Shown here: piece by piece, positions 46,884 through 55,474 of the stretch | How the letters are laid out: every line of letters begins with the position of its first letter | Numbering within the stretch: the first letter of the stretch is position 1 | Origin: Acidimicrobiales bacterium | GTDB taxonomy: Bacteria; Actinomycetota; Acidimicrobiia; Acidimicrobiales; Aldehydirespiratoraceae | Assembly: GCA_040219515.1 (NCBI GenBank) | Contig: JAVJSI010000010.1 | Coordinates: forward strand, 158,557-222,556 | Reading direction: 5' to 3' | DNA length: 64,000 nt | Translations under genes and position numbers: made by a program | Notes under the pieces: generated by a model | The model's database searches: none | Seen by the model: only the letters and a program-made list of their open reading frames with translations | Told to the model about the DNA's origin: nothing

Positions 46884-46983
46884 GGGTTTCTTGAAACCAG
46901 TTCTGATTTTCTTTCGGGTCTCCCGGCGGCGGGTTTCGACCGGTCACTCCACGATGTGACCGTGCGCCTGCGAGACTCTGGAT

Positions 46984-47667
46984 GTGACGAACGTGATAGC
47001 CCACCGGGGCGCCAGCGCAGCGGCTCCCGAGAACACCGTCGAGGCGTTTCGGCTTGCCCGCGAGATGGGGGCCGATTGGGTCGAACTCGACGCCCGTCTC
47101 TCCGCCGACGGAGTGGTGGTGGTGCACCACGACGCGCACCTGTCCGACGGCAGGATGCTCGCCGATCTCACCCTCGACGAGATGCCCGGCGGCATCGCGT
47201 CGTTGGCCGAAGCGCTCGAGGCCTGCGACGGGATGGGCGTCAACATCGAGATCAAGAACCTGCCCGACGAGCCCGACTACGACGCGGATCACGCGGTGGT
47301 CGATGCGGTCGCGGGTCTGGCCCAGGCCTATCTCGGCCCTGAGCGGACCCTGATCTCGTCGTTCAACATGGACAGCGTCGACCGCATGCATCGGGTCGAC
47401 CCGTCACTGCCGTGTGCCTGGCTGTTCTTCCAGATGACCGATCCCGCGAGTGTTGTCGCTCGGGCCGTGGCCCACGAGATGGCGGCGATTCACCCGTTCG
47501 ACAATCTCGTCGACCGGGCGATGGTCCGGCGGGCCCACGAGGAAGGGCTTCGGGTCAACGTGTGGACCGTCGATGATCCGGACCGGATGGCCACCCTGAT
47601 CGAGATCGGGGTCGACGGCATCTGCACCAACGTCCCCGACGTCGCCCGCCGGATGGTCGAGGGCTAA
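46984..47667 (+). CDS. Glycerophosphodiester phosphodiesterase
   Basis: IAHRGAS…ENT…VELDARLSADGVVVVHHD… matches the GDPD motifs. Confidence 0.85.
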   Translation: MTNVIAHRGASAAAPENTVEAFRLAREMGADWVELDARLSADGVVVVHHDAHLSDGRMLADLTLDEMPGGIASLAEALEACDGMGVNIEIKNLPDEPDYDADHAVVDAVAGLAQAYLGPERTLISSFNMDSVDRMHRVDPSLPCAWLFFQMTDPASVVARAVAHEMAAIHPFDNLVDRAMVRRAHEEGLRVNVWTVDDPDRMATLIEIGVDGICTNVPDVARRMVEG

Positions 47668-48617
47668 CGGCCGGCGACGGCGCCGATGTCGCCGGCGAGG
47701 GGGATCACCAGGGCCAGATGGGCGGGTGTCCAGGTGAAACGCAGCCGCTTGCTCGCCCCGAGATGATCGCCGTCGACCTGGTACGGGGCGGGCGGGTCGG
47801 ACTCGACGACGAGCGAGCGGACGTCGGTGCGGATGTCCAGATCGCGCTTCTTGCGCACATCGCCGGGACCCATGGCGGCGGCGGCGACCGGCAGCAGACT
47901 GCGCAACCGGATCTCCTCGAGGGTGACCACGGCCAACGGGTCGTCGAGCGTCAGGTCGGGGACCAGATCGAACGGTCGGTTGCCGAGGAACGTGTAGGGG
48001 TTCGCGTTCATCACGATCGTGAAGTAGCCGTGGGTGAGCTCGGTGCCCTGTCCGTCGAGCACCCGCAGCGGCGGACGCGAGCGATCGGTTCGGCGCAACC
48101 AGGTGTCGATCGCGCAGTAGACGAACAGGGGATGGCCGGCCCAGCGCTTCCATGGCCCGCGCCGCTCGACCTGCTCGACGACGGCGGCGTCGAAGCCGAT
48201 GCCGCAGTGGAAAAGGAAGTAGCGGCCTTCGACCGAGCCGAGCCCGATCCGTCGTATCGAGCCGGCATCGATGGCCTCGAGGAGGACGCCGGCGGCATCG
48301 ACGGAATCGTCGGGGAGCCCGAGGATGCGGGCGAAGACGTTGGTCGAACCACCCGGCAGGGTGGCGAGGGCCGTCGCGGACCCGGCCAGCCCGTTGGCCG
48401 CCTCGTTGAGCGTGCCGTCGCCGCCGAGCACGACGACGAGGTCGTAGTTCTCGCGGGCCGCGCTCTGGGCCAGCCGGGTGGCGTGGCCCCGGCGGCTCGT
48501 CTCGGCCAGCGTGACGTCGTGGTCCGCGGACAGTGCCTTGTGGATCACCACCCGGCGACGGGCGGTGACCGACGACGCCACCGAGTTCACCACGAAGAGA
48601 ATGCGCAAGAACTTCAA
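47664..48617 (-). CDS. Diacylglycerol/lipid kinase family protein (YegS/BmrU-like)
   Basis: …VVVLGGDGTLNEAANGL… matches the DAGK catalytic domain motif. Confidence 0.8.
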   Translation of the reverse strand: MKFLRILFVVNSVASSVTARRRVVIHKALSADHDVTLAETSRRGHATRLAQSAARENYDLVVVLGGDGTLNEAANGLAGSATALATLPGGSTNVFARILGLPDDSVDAAGVLLEAIDAGSIRRIGLGSVEGRYFLFHCGIGFDAAVVEQVERRGPWKRWAGHPLFVYCAIDTWLRRTDRSRPPLRVLDGQGTELTHGYFTIVMNANPYTFLGNRPFDLVPDLTLDDPLAVVTLEEIRLRSLLPVAAAAMGPGDVRKKRDLDIRTDVRSLVVESDPPAPYQVDGDHLGASKRLRFTWTPAHLALVIPLAGDIGAVAGR

Positions 48618-48700
48618 CCTATAAGCGCCCTCGAAGTATCGGGAACTATCTGGTGCGCCCGAATAGGCATTCGCCGGTCCCGCTGGCAGACTCCTCAGCT

Positions 48701-49480
48701 ATGAAGGTTGTCGTCTGTGTAAAGCAGATCCCGGACCCGGCTGATCCTGGTGCGCTTGATCCCGAGAGCAAGACGCTCAAGCGGGACACCAAGCTCATCC
48801 TCGACGAGTCGGACAGTTACGGGGTCGAAATGGCCCTCCAGCTCGTCGATACCGCAGGTGAAGGTTCCGTTCACCTCGTCTCGATGGCCCCGAACAACGA
48901 GGTCGGCGGTCTCCGCACGGCGCTCGCGATGGGCGCCGAGAGCGCGACCCTGGTGAGCGACGAGGCCCTCAAGGGCACCGACGCCCTCGGCACCGCCAAG
49001 GTGCTCGCCGCTGCGATCGCCCGTTCCGAGCCCGACCTGGTGCTCGCGGCGACCGAATCGTCCGACGGTTACACCGGCACGGTCCCCGAGATGGTGGCCG
49101 AACTCCTCGGTCTCCCGTCGGTCACGTTCGCCAAGTCGATCGCCATCGACGCCGGCACCGCCAAAGTGCAGCGCCAGACCGAAGCCGGCTACGACGACGT
49201 CGAATGTCCGCTCCCCGCCCTGGTGTCCGTCACCGCCGGCGTGGTCGAGCCCCGCTACCCCTCCTTCAAGGGGATCATGGCGGCCAAGTCCAAGCCCGTC
49301 GACGAGGTCGGCATCGCGGATCTCGGCATCGATGCCGGTGCGGTCGGATGGGCCGGCGGTGGCCAGGAGATCGTGTCGGTTGCCGACGCTCCTGCCCGCG
49401 AAGCCGGTGAAGTCATCGAGGACGAGGGCGACGCGCACGAGCGCATCGTCTCCTTCCTCGAAGAGCTCAAGGTTCTCTGA
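48701..49480 (+). CDS. etfB: Electron transfer flavoprotein subunit beta
   Basis: MKVVVCVKQIPDP… is the canonical EtfB N-terminus. ATG at 48701. Confidence 0.9.
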   Translation: MKVVVCVKQIPDPADPGALDPESKTLKRDTKLILDESDSYGVEMALQLVDTAGEGSVHLVSMAPNNEVGGLRTALAMGAESATLVSDEALKGTDALGTAKVLAAAIARSEPDLVLAATESSDGYTGTVPEMVAELLGLPSVTFAKSIAIDAGTAKVQRQTEAGYDDVECPLPALVSVTAGVVEPRYPSFKGIMAAKSKPVDEVGIADLGIDAGAVGWAGGGQEIVSVADAPAREAGEVIEDEGDAHERIVSFLEELKVL

Positions 49481-49491
49481 GGAAGGCTGAC

Positions 49492-50466
49492 ATGGGACTC
49501 GACAAGATCTGGGTGTTCGGCGAATCCAACGCCGACGGCGATGCCGTCGCCACCATCACCCTGGAAATGCTGGCCAAGGCTCGCGAACTCGCCGACACCG
49601 TCGAGGTGTTCATGGCGGGCGACGGCGACGACTTCGCCGAAGAGCTCGGCGATCATGGCGCCGAAACCGTCTACGCCACCGGTGATCTCGACGGCGGCAT
49701 GCAGGGCGTCGCCGTGGCGTCCGCGGTCGCTGCCGTCGTCGCCGAGGGCGATGGGCCATCCGCATTCATGCTCGGCACCACCCAGGACGGTCGCGACGTC
49801 GCCGCCCGCCTGTCGGTCAAGCTCGACGCACCGGTCATCACCAACGTGGTCGGCCTCGAGCTCGACGGTGACAGCCTGCTCGGCAACGAGCCGATCTTCG
49901 GTGGCACGGTCGACGTGAAGACCAAGAACACCTCCGGCAAGCCCGGCATCTTCCTCGTGCGCCCCAAGTCGTTCGCGGCTGCTTCCGTGGGCGGGGCCGA
50001 AGCCGACGTCGAGGACCTCGACGTGCCGGATCTCGGCGCGATGGGTTCGGCCAAGGTCACCGATCGATTCGTCGAGGAATCCGACGGCCCGAAGATCGAC
50101 GAGGCGACCATCGTGGTCTCTGGTGGTCGTGGCCTCGGCGAGAAGGATGCCTTCGCCATGATCGAGGATCTGGCCAAGACCGTCGGCGGCGCCGCCGGTG
50201 CCAGCCGTGCGATCGTCGATGCCGGATGGGTGCCCTATTCGATGCAGGTGGGCCAGACCGGCAAGGTCGTCAAGCCGACCGTCTACATCGCCGCCGGCAT
50301 CTCGGGCGCCACCCAGCATCTGGTCGGCATGAAGGGCTCGAAGAACATCATCGCGATCAACAAGGATCCGGAGGCGCCGATCTTCGCGGTCGCCGACCTC
50401 GGCGTCGTGGGCGACGTCCACAAGGTGCTGCCGAAGTTGATCGATGCACTCAAGGCGAAGGGCTGA
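49492..50466 (+). CDS. etfA: Electron transfer flavoprotein subunit alpha
   Basis: C-terminal FAD-binding block …VSGGRGLG…[11 protein letters not shown]…[25 protein letters not shown]…. Confidence 0.9.
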   Translation: MGLDKIWVFGESNADGDAVATITLEMLAKARELADTVEVFMAGDGDDFAEELGDHGAETVYATGDLDGGMQGVAVASAVAAVVAEGDGPSAFMLGTTQDGRDVAARLSVKLDAPVITNVVGLELDGDSLLGNEPIFGGTVDVKTKNTSGKPGIFLVRPKSFAAASVGGAEADVEDLDVPDLGAMGSAKVTDRFVEESDGPKIDEATIVVSGGRGLGEKDAFAMIEDLAKTVGGAAGASRAIVDAGWVPYSMQVGQTGKVVKPTVYIAAGISGATQHLVGMKGSKNIIAINKDPEAPIFAVADLGVVGDVHKVLPKLIDALKAKG

Positions 50467-50502
50467 CCCTTCGTCACTCTTGACACACCGACGTACAGAG
50501 GA

Positions 50503-50537
50503 GAGGCCCCGGGGTTCGCCCTGGGGCCTTTCTCGTT
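50503..50537 (+). terminator. Intrinsic terminator downstream of etfA
   Basis: A GC-rich hairpin (gaggcccc-ggggttcgccct-ggggcct) is followed by tttctcgtt. Confidence 0.6.
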
Positions 50538-50563
50538 GTATCCCTGGACCGATGTCAGGGAGG

Positions 50564-50607
50564 ACAAAACGAGAAATCGCCTCGACCGGGTGATCCGGTG
50601 AGGCGAT
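50564..50607 (-). terminator. Intrinsic terminator on the minus strand
   Basis: On the minus strand, ATCGCCTCACCGG-atca-CCCGGTCGAGGCGAT is followed by TTCTCGTTTTGT. It lies about 230 nt beyond the stop of the SCO1664-family gene. Confidence 0.55.
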
Positions 50608-50834
50608 GCGTTAACAACCAACATAGCACAGATGATTTTTCCATGCTGGGCAAACGAGGGTTATTTCGGAATTTCTTCGAAATCGCCCCAAAATCTGGCC
50701 CGAGCGGCAGCTTGTCCCCAGCCCGAACGACCCTTCGGAAGTTATCCACAGGTTCATCCACACCTGTTGAACACGAAGGGTGACGAGAAAACGCCAAGCC
50801 GTGATGAACGGCGGGCAAACGGCTGGTTACGCCG

Positions 50835-51632
50835 TCAGACCAGGGGCCAGGGGTAGCGGTGCCCCCCGGAATCGTCACGCGGAAACCGGCCTGCTGTGGC
50901 GAGCGCAGTGGTGCGAGCGAGCAGCGCATCCCGCTCGAACGGGTCGAGCAACTCGGTGACGGCGGCGGAGAGGCCGCGCTCGAGAAATCGCCAGAGTGTC
51001 TCCTGGACGTCATCGGGGAGTGGCTCGTCCTCGAAGTCCCAGAGCACCGTGCGGAGCTTGAACTGTTGGTGGAACGCGACGCCGTGGTCGATGGCCCAGA
51101 TGGAGCCGTCGTTGCCGAGCAGACAGTGGCCCGACTTCCGGTCGGTGTTGTTGATCACGATGTCGAGGGCGCAGATCCGGCGGAACTCGTCATCGTGCTC
51201 GTCACTTTGCTCGTGGATCGTGAAGTAGTGCTCCTCGAACGCCGCCGGCATGAAGAGCTGGAGTGATCCGATGTCGAGCGGGGCATCCTCGCGTACCACG
51301 GTGGGCGGCACCACGTCCCACCCCAGATCGTCGGCGACGAGGAATGCCGCCACCTCGCGCTGGTAGAGCCCACTGGGGAAATCCCACAACGGTCGCTCGC
51401 CGCGATGCGGTTTGTAGATCGCCTGCGCACGGAGGCCGTCGTGTTCCACGTCCATCAGGAACGTCGCGTTCGACGAATAGGGCATGCGGCCGAGCGTGTC
51501 GAGCGTGCCGTGCCGGAGTAGATCGAGTGCTCGGGCGGTCGCGATCGGCGGACGGTCGCGGAAGGGACTCAGTTGTGACACGGACACCAGTCGCGATTGC
51601 GGGGCTCGAGGGGACGGCTGCAAAAGGGACAC
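50835..51632 (-). CDS. SCO1664-family protein (PI3/4-kinase-like fold)
   Basis: …SNATFLMDV…AIYKPHRGERPLWDFP…DIVINNTDRKSGHCL…AIDHGV…. The start is uncertain: the longest ORF overlaps the DUF3090 gene by 64 nt, and GTG alternatives lie at 51587 and 51581. Confidence 0.7.
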   Translation of the reverse strand: MSLLQPSPRAPQSRLVSVSQLSPFRDRPPIATARALDLLRHGTLDTLGRMPYSSNATFLMDVEHDGLRAQAIYKPHRGERPLWDFPSGLYQREVAAFLVADDLGWDVVPPTVVREDAPLDIGSLQLFMPAAFEEHYFTIHEQSDEHDDEFRRICALDIVINNTDRKSGHCLLGNDGSIWAIDHGVAFHQQFKLRTVLWDFEDEPLPDDVQETLWRFLERGLSAAVTELLDPFERDALLARTTALATAGRFPRDDSGGHRYPWPLV

Positions 51633-52060
51633 GGCGGCCGGCCGGCGGCGACGAGATCGCGTGCCCGCTCGATCAATCCGAAGACCTGCGCCCGTGACAG
51701 CGAGAAGCGAGCCTGTGAGAGGTCGTCGTCATCGTCGCCTTCGGGTGCCGCCTCGGCCATCACGATCAGCCGATCGATGTCCTGGGCGTACGCGATACCG
51801 AGCGAGCCGACGGTGAACGCCGGGACCACCGGTTCGCGAAGGCCGAGGTCTTCGGGAACGGGCCCGGGTTCAGCGGCCGGGAGATCGTCGAGCACCTGGT
51901 CGAGATAATCGGCGAGGGCGGCCACCTGCTGCTTCTCGACCTTGAGGGACACGAGTCGACCCTCGGCCCGGGCCTGGAGGTAGAACTCGCGCTGGCCCTT
52001 CGGCCCGAGGGTGCCGACGGTCAAGAAGTCGGGCTCGCGGAAGTCGAACGATTCGCTCAT
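51569..52060 (-). CDS. DUF3090 family protein
   Basis: MSESFDFREPDFLTVGTLGPKGQREFYLQA… with a C-terminal CPFC…CPC zinc-ribbon-like end. ATGA overlap with the upstream gene. Confidence 0.8.
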   Translation of the reverse strand: MSESFDFREPDFLTVGTLGPKGQREFYLQARAEGRLVSLKVEKQQVAALADYLDQVLDDLPAAEPGPVPEDLGLREPVVPAFTVGSLGIAYAQDIDRLIVMAEAAPEGDDDDDLSQARFSLSRAQVFGLIERARDLVAAGRPPCPFCSRPLEPRNRDWCPCHN

Positions 52061-52704
52061 GACGGGGCCAATCCGCTCAGGTCGTCGCCGGTGGAATTCA
52101 CGGTGAGGACGACTGGTCCCTCGGCGGTGTAGAGCACGGCCGTGATCGAGCACGGCGACACGACGATGCGCTGGAACAGGTCGAGGTGGGTGCCGGCGGC
52201 TGCCGCGACGATGGCCTTGATCACGTCGGCGTGGGACACCCCAACGATGGTTTCGCCCGGGTGTGCGGCAACGAGATCGTGTACGGCGTCGACCGAACGG
52301 CTCTGCATCTCGGCGAACGATTCGCCGCCGGGGAAGCGAAACCCGCTGGGGTAGCGCTGCACCGTGCGCCATTCGGGGAGCTTGCGCAGCTTGGCCAGCT
52401 TCTCGCCGGTCCACTCACCGAAATCGCATTCGATGAGACCCTTCGCCTGGCGAACCCGGAGCTTGCGGGCTTTCGCGATCGGCGCCGCGGTTTCGCGGGT
52501 GCGCTCCATCGGTGATGCGTAGATCGCCGCGACGGAGCCGAGTTTCGCGATGCGGGCGGCCACGGCCTCGGCTTGGGCGACACCCTTGTCGGCGAGATGC
52601 AGATTCGGCGCTCGTCCCGGCAACGAGGCGCCCGTGGTCGGGGTCTGCCCGTGGCGAACCAGGAGCACGAGGGTCGGCTTCGGCGGATCGTTTCGTCGTG
52701 CCAT
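52057..52704 (-). CDS. MSMEG_4193-family histidine-phosphatase-fold putative phosphomutase
   Basis: LVLLVRHGQT (RHG motif) and …VSHADVIK…. ATG at 52704. Confidence 0.75.
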   Translation of the reverse strand: MARRNDPPKPTLVLLVRHGQTPTTGASLPGRAPNLHLADKGVAQAEAVAARIAKLGSVAAIYASPMERTRETAAPIAKARKLRVRQAKGLIECDFGEWTGEKLAKLRKLPEWRTVQRYPSGFRFPGGESFAEMQSRSVDAVHDLVAAHPGETIVGVSHADVIKAIVAAAAGTHLDLFQRIVVSPCSITAVLYTAEGPVVLTVNSTGDDLSGLAPS

Positions 52705-52731
52705 CGTGATCGCCAACGTACCCTGCAGACG

Positions 52732-53448
52732 ATGGGAAACCCCGATCGGTCTCGTCGCCTGCTGGCGAAGCTGGAGAAGGACGTGGTGGCGTGCCGGGCC
52801 TGTCCGCGGCTGGTCGAGTGGCGTGAGCAGATCGGGCGGGAGAAACGGGCGGCCTACCGTGACGAGACGTACTGGGCCAGGGCGGTGCCCGGGTTCGGCG
52901 ACCCTGCCGCCCACCTTCTGGTCGTGGGTCTGGCTCCTGCCGCCCACGGCGCCAACCGGACCGGTCGGATGTTCACCGGTGATCGATCAGGCGACTGGCT
53001 GTACCGCGCTCTTCATCGGGCCGGGTACTCGTCGCAAGCCGAGTCGACCGGTCTCGATGACGGTCTCGCGCTCGACGGTGCGTGGATCACCTCGCCGGTG
53101 AAGTGCGCGCCCCCGGCCAACAAGCCGACGACCGCCGAGCGTGATGCCTGCCGCCCGTTTCTGGCGCGCGAACTCGAGGCGCTCACGAACGTGACGGTGA
53201 TCGTGGTGCTGGGTGGGTTCGGCTATCAGGTTGCGTGCCAGGAACTCGGGGTGTCGCCCCGACCGAAGTTCGGCCACGGGGTCGAGGTGCCGTTGGACGA
53301 CGACCGCACGCTGTTGTGCAGCTTCCACGTGAGCCAGCAGAACACCTTCACGGGGCGGCTGACCGAGGAGATGCTCGATGCGGTGTTCGCCCGGGCGAGG
53401 GTGTTGGGGGCCGGTCGAACCAGTTCACGCACGAGAAACCGGGACTGA
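52732..53448 (+). CDS. Uracil-DNA glycosylase, family 5 (UdgB-like)
   Basis: Motif A GLAPAAHGANRTGRMFTGD and motif B …FHVSQQN…. An N-terminal Cys cluster (CRACPRL) fits an Fe-S UDG. Confidence 0.75.
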   Translation: MGNPDRSRRLLAKLEKDVVACRACPRLVEWREQIGREKRAAYRDETYWARAVPGFGDPAAHLLVVGLAPAAHGANRTGRMFTGDRSGDWLYRALHRAGYSSQAESTGLDDGLALDGAWITSPVKCAPPANKPTTAERDACRPFLARELEALTNVTVIVVLGGFGYQVACQELGVSPRPKFGHGVEVPLDDDRTLLCSFHVSQQNTFTGRLTEEMLDAVFARARVLGAGRTSSRTRNRD

Positions 53449-53550
53449 TGGCCTGGTTTTGTCCTGCGAATCTGGGCCGTGCGCACCGAATCCGGCGGGT
53501 TGGGTCGATCGACTCTTGGCCGGGTTCCCGTCGCCGACGACACTCTTCAC

Positions 53551-53826
53551 ATGGCCCCCCAGCACGTACTCGACCTCACCGACGAACTCGCCCTCCTCGA
53601 CGGCATGGCTGCCGCGGCGGCCACGGCGCGTTCGGATCAGGACGAGGCGTACCGGCGCGATGGCGGACTGGACCTGCGTGGGGTCCGCGATCTGCTGTCG
53701 GCGTTGCAGCTGAAGCCGGTGAGCGGCCCGATGGTCGACACGCCCAAGGGCGACGTGTTCGATCTGGCCGTGTACCGGGCGACGGGCGATCGGCACCTCG
53801 CCACCATCTTCGGCACCGCTGGCTGA
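53551..53826 (+). CDS. Hypothetical protein
   Basis: 91 aa from the ATG at 53551. High GC3 and an acidic composition typical of real genes here. No motif recognised. Confidence 0.45.
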   Translation: MAPQHVLDLTDELALLDGMAAAAATARSDQDEAYRRDGGLDLRGVRDLLSALQLKPVSGPMVDTPKGDVFDLAVYRATGDRHLATIFGTAG

Positions 53827-53852
53827 CCCGGGGCCGATAAGGTCGGCGTCGC

Positions 53853-54212
53853 ATGGCTCTTCGAAAGAATCTCCGTTCCGCGGCTGCCGCGGGTGTGATC
53901 GTGTTGGCACTCGTCGGTGCGGGCTGTAGCTCGAGCAGCGACCCCAACACCTGGGAACAGGCCGACGAAACCGGCAAGATCGAAGAGAACTTCCTTCGGG
54001 CCTGCGCCGAGGCCGACGACGGCGCCACCGCCGACGCCGATGCGCTCGAGGCGTACTGCCAGTGCAGCTACGACGATCTGCGCGAGGAATACGACGACGA
54101 CTTCGACGGCTTCGTCGCCGTCAACAGCGATCTGGGCAGCGAGCCGACTGCGATACCGCCCAACGTGAGCGCCATCATCGTCGCCTGCGCCGCCACCCAT
54201 CTCGCCACCTGA
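53853..54212 (+). CDS. Small acidic lipoprotein
   Basis: Signal peptide with lipobox LVGAGC. Four further Cys residues. Confidence 0.6.
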   Translation: MALRKNLRSAAAAGVIVLALVGAGCSSSSDPNTWEQADETGKIEENFLRACAEADDGATADADALEAYCQCSYDDLREEYDDDFDGFVAVNSDLGSEPTAIPPNVSAIIVACAATHLAT

Positions 54213-54225
54213 ACCCCGGTCACCG

Positions 54226-55461
54226 GTGATGGCGCTCGATCTCGAGTTCGTCCGATCCCAGTTCCCGGCCTTCGCCGACCCCGAGACGAGCCGGTGGGCG
54301 CATCTCGAGAACGCCGGTGGGAGCTACGCCGCCGGTCAGGTCATCGATCTGTTGACCTCGCTGTTCTCCACGGCCAAGGTGCAGCCGTCCTGGGCGTTCG
54401 GTCCGTCGCAGGTCGCCACCGCGGCGATGGACCGGGCCCGCACGGCGATGGCGTCGACGTTCGCCGCCCAGCCCGACGAGGTCCACTTCGGTCCCTCGAC
54501 GAGTCAGAACACCTACGTCCTCGCGCACGCGATGCGACCGATGTGGGACGAGGGCGACGAGATCGTCGTGACCGAGCAGGATCACGAGGCGAACTCGGGC
54601 GTCTGGCGACGACTGGCCGCCACCGGCATCGTCGTGCGCGACTGGACCGTCGACCCGGCCACCGGCCTGCTCGACCCCGCGATGCTCGACTCGCTGATCA
54701 CCGAGCGGACCCGACTCGTGACGATGACCCACGCCTCCAACGTCGCGGCGACCATCAACCCCGTGCGCGAGGTCGCCGACAAGGTGCACGCCGTCGGCGG
54801 ACACCTGGTGGTCGATGGGGTGTCCTACGCACCGCACGGCGGCGTCGACGTCGGTGCGCTCGGCTGCGATGTCTACCTCTACAGCGGCTACAAGACCTAC
54901 GGCCCTCATCTCGGTCTCATGTACGTGGACCGCGCGCTGCTGCCGCAGCTCGCGCACCAGGGCCACTTCTTCAACGAAGCGAAACTCTCGACCCGCGTGA
55001 CCCCCGCAGGCCCCGATCACGCCGTGATCGGCGCCTCGGCCGGCATCGTCGACTACTACGACGCGGTCCACGCCCATCACGGTGGGGAAGCCATGGACCC
55101 GCTCGCCCGCATCGGCGACGTGGGTCGACGGTTCCGCGAGCACGAGACCGAGATCATCGCGCCGCTCCTCGGCCTGCTCGCTCAGCGGGACGGGGTGCGG
55201 GTGATCGGCGCAACCGAGGCCGACGCCGCAGTGCGGGCCCCCACGATCGCGTTCGCCAGCGAACGTCACTCATCGGCCGCCGTCTACGACGCGCTGATCG
55301 CCGCCGGGGTCTCGTGTGGGCACGGCCACTTCTATGCCCATCGCCTGGTCACCGCGCTCGGGCTCGATCCCGACGATGGCGTCGTCCGGCTGTCGGTCGT
55401 GCACTACAACTCGACCGAGGACGTGGCCCGCGCCCTCTCAGTGCTCGATCCGCTCGTCTGA
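54226..55461 (+). CDS. Aminotransferase class V-fold PLP-dependent enzyme (cysteine desulfurase / selenocysteine lyase superfamily)
   Basis: …HASNVAATINP…, …DGVSYAPHG… and …YSGYKTYGPH… (PLP-Lys context). I cannot place a catalytic Cys loop with confidence. Confidence 0.75.
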   Translation: MMALDLEFVRSQFPAFADPETSRWAHLENAGGSYAAGQVIDLLTSLFSTAKVQPSWAFGPSQVATAAMDRARTAMASTFAAQPDEVHFGPSTSQNTYVLAHAMRPMWDEGDEIVVTEQDHEANSGVWRRLAATGIVVRDWTVDPATGLLDPAMLDSLITERTRLVTMTHASNVAATINPVREVADKVHAVGGHLVVDGVSYAPHGGVDVGALGCDVYLYSGYKTYGPHLGLMYVDRALLPQLAHQGHFFNEAKLSTRVTPAGPDHAVIGASAGIVDYYDAVHAHHGGEAMDPLARIGDVGRRFREHETEIIAPLLGLLAQRDGVRVIGATEADAAVRAPTIAFASERHSSAAVYDALIAAGVSCGHGHFYAHRLVTALGLDPDDGVVRLSVVHYNSTEDVARALSVLDPLV

Positions 55462-55474
55462 GTCGTTCCGTAGG

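Noticed and set aside
46972-46987. A CRP-like site, TGTGA-N6-TGATA, overlapping the glpQ start
   Set aside because: Read on the opposite strand, only one half-site (TCACA) matches the TGTGA-N6-TCACA consensus. The other half has two mismatches. It also lies on the start codon rather than in a promoter position.
50742-50762. The DnaA-box pair as a chromosomal origin (oriC)
   Set aside because: There are only two boxes, no dnaA/dnaN/rpmH/parAB context, no AT-rich unwinding repeats of the usual kind, and the flanking genes are convergent. It is kept only as a possible DnaA-binding site.
50598-50856. Small ORFs in the AT-rich etfA/SCO1664 spacer: 61 aa and 74 aa on the plus strand, and the minus-strand ORFs 50283-50624 (113 aa) and 50555-51013 (152 aa)
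   Set aside because: None has an SD or a plausible composition. Several run straight through the terminator hairpins, and their GC3 is unlike that of real genes here.
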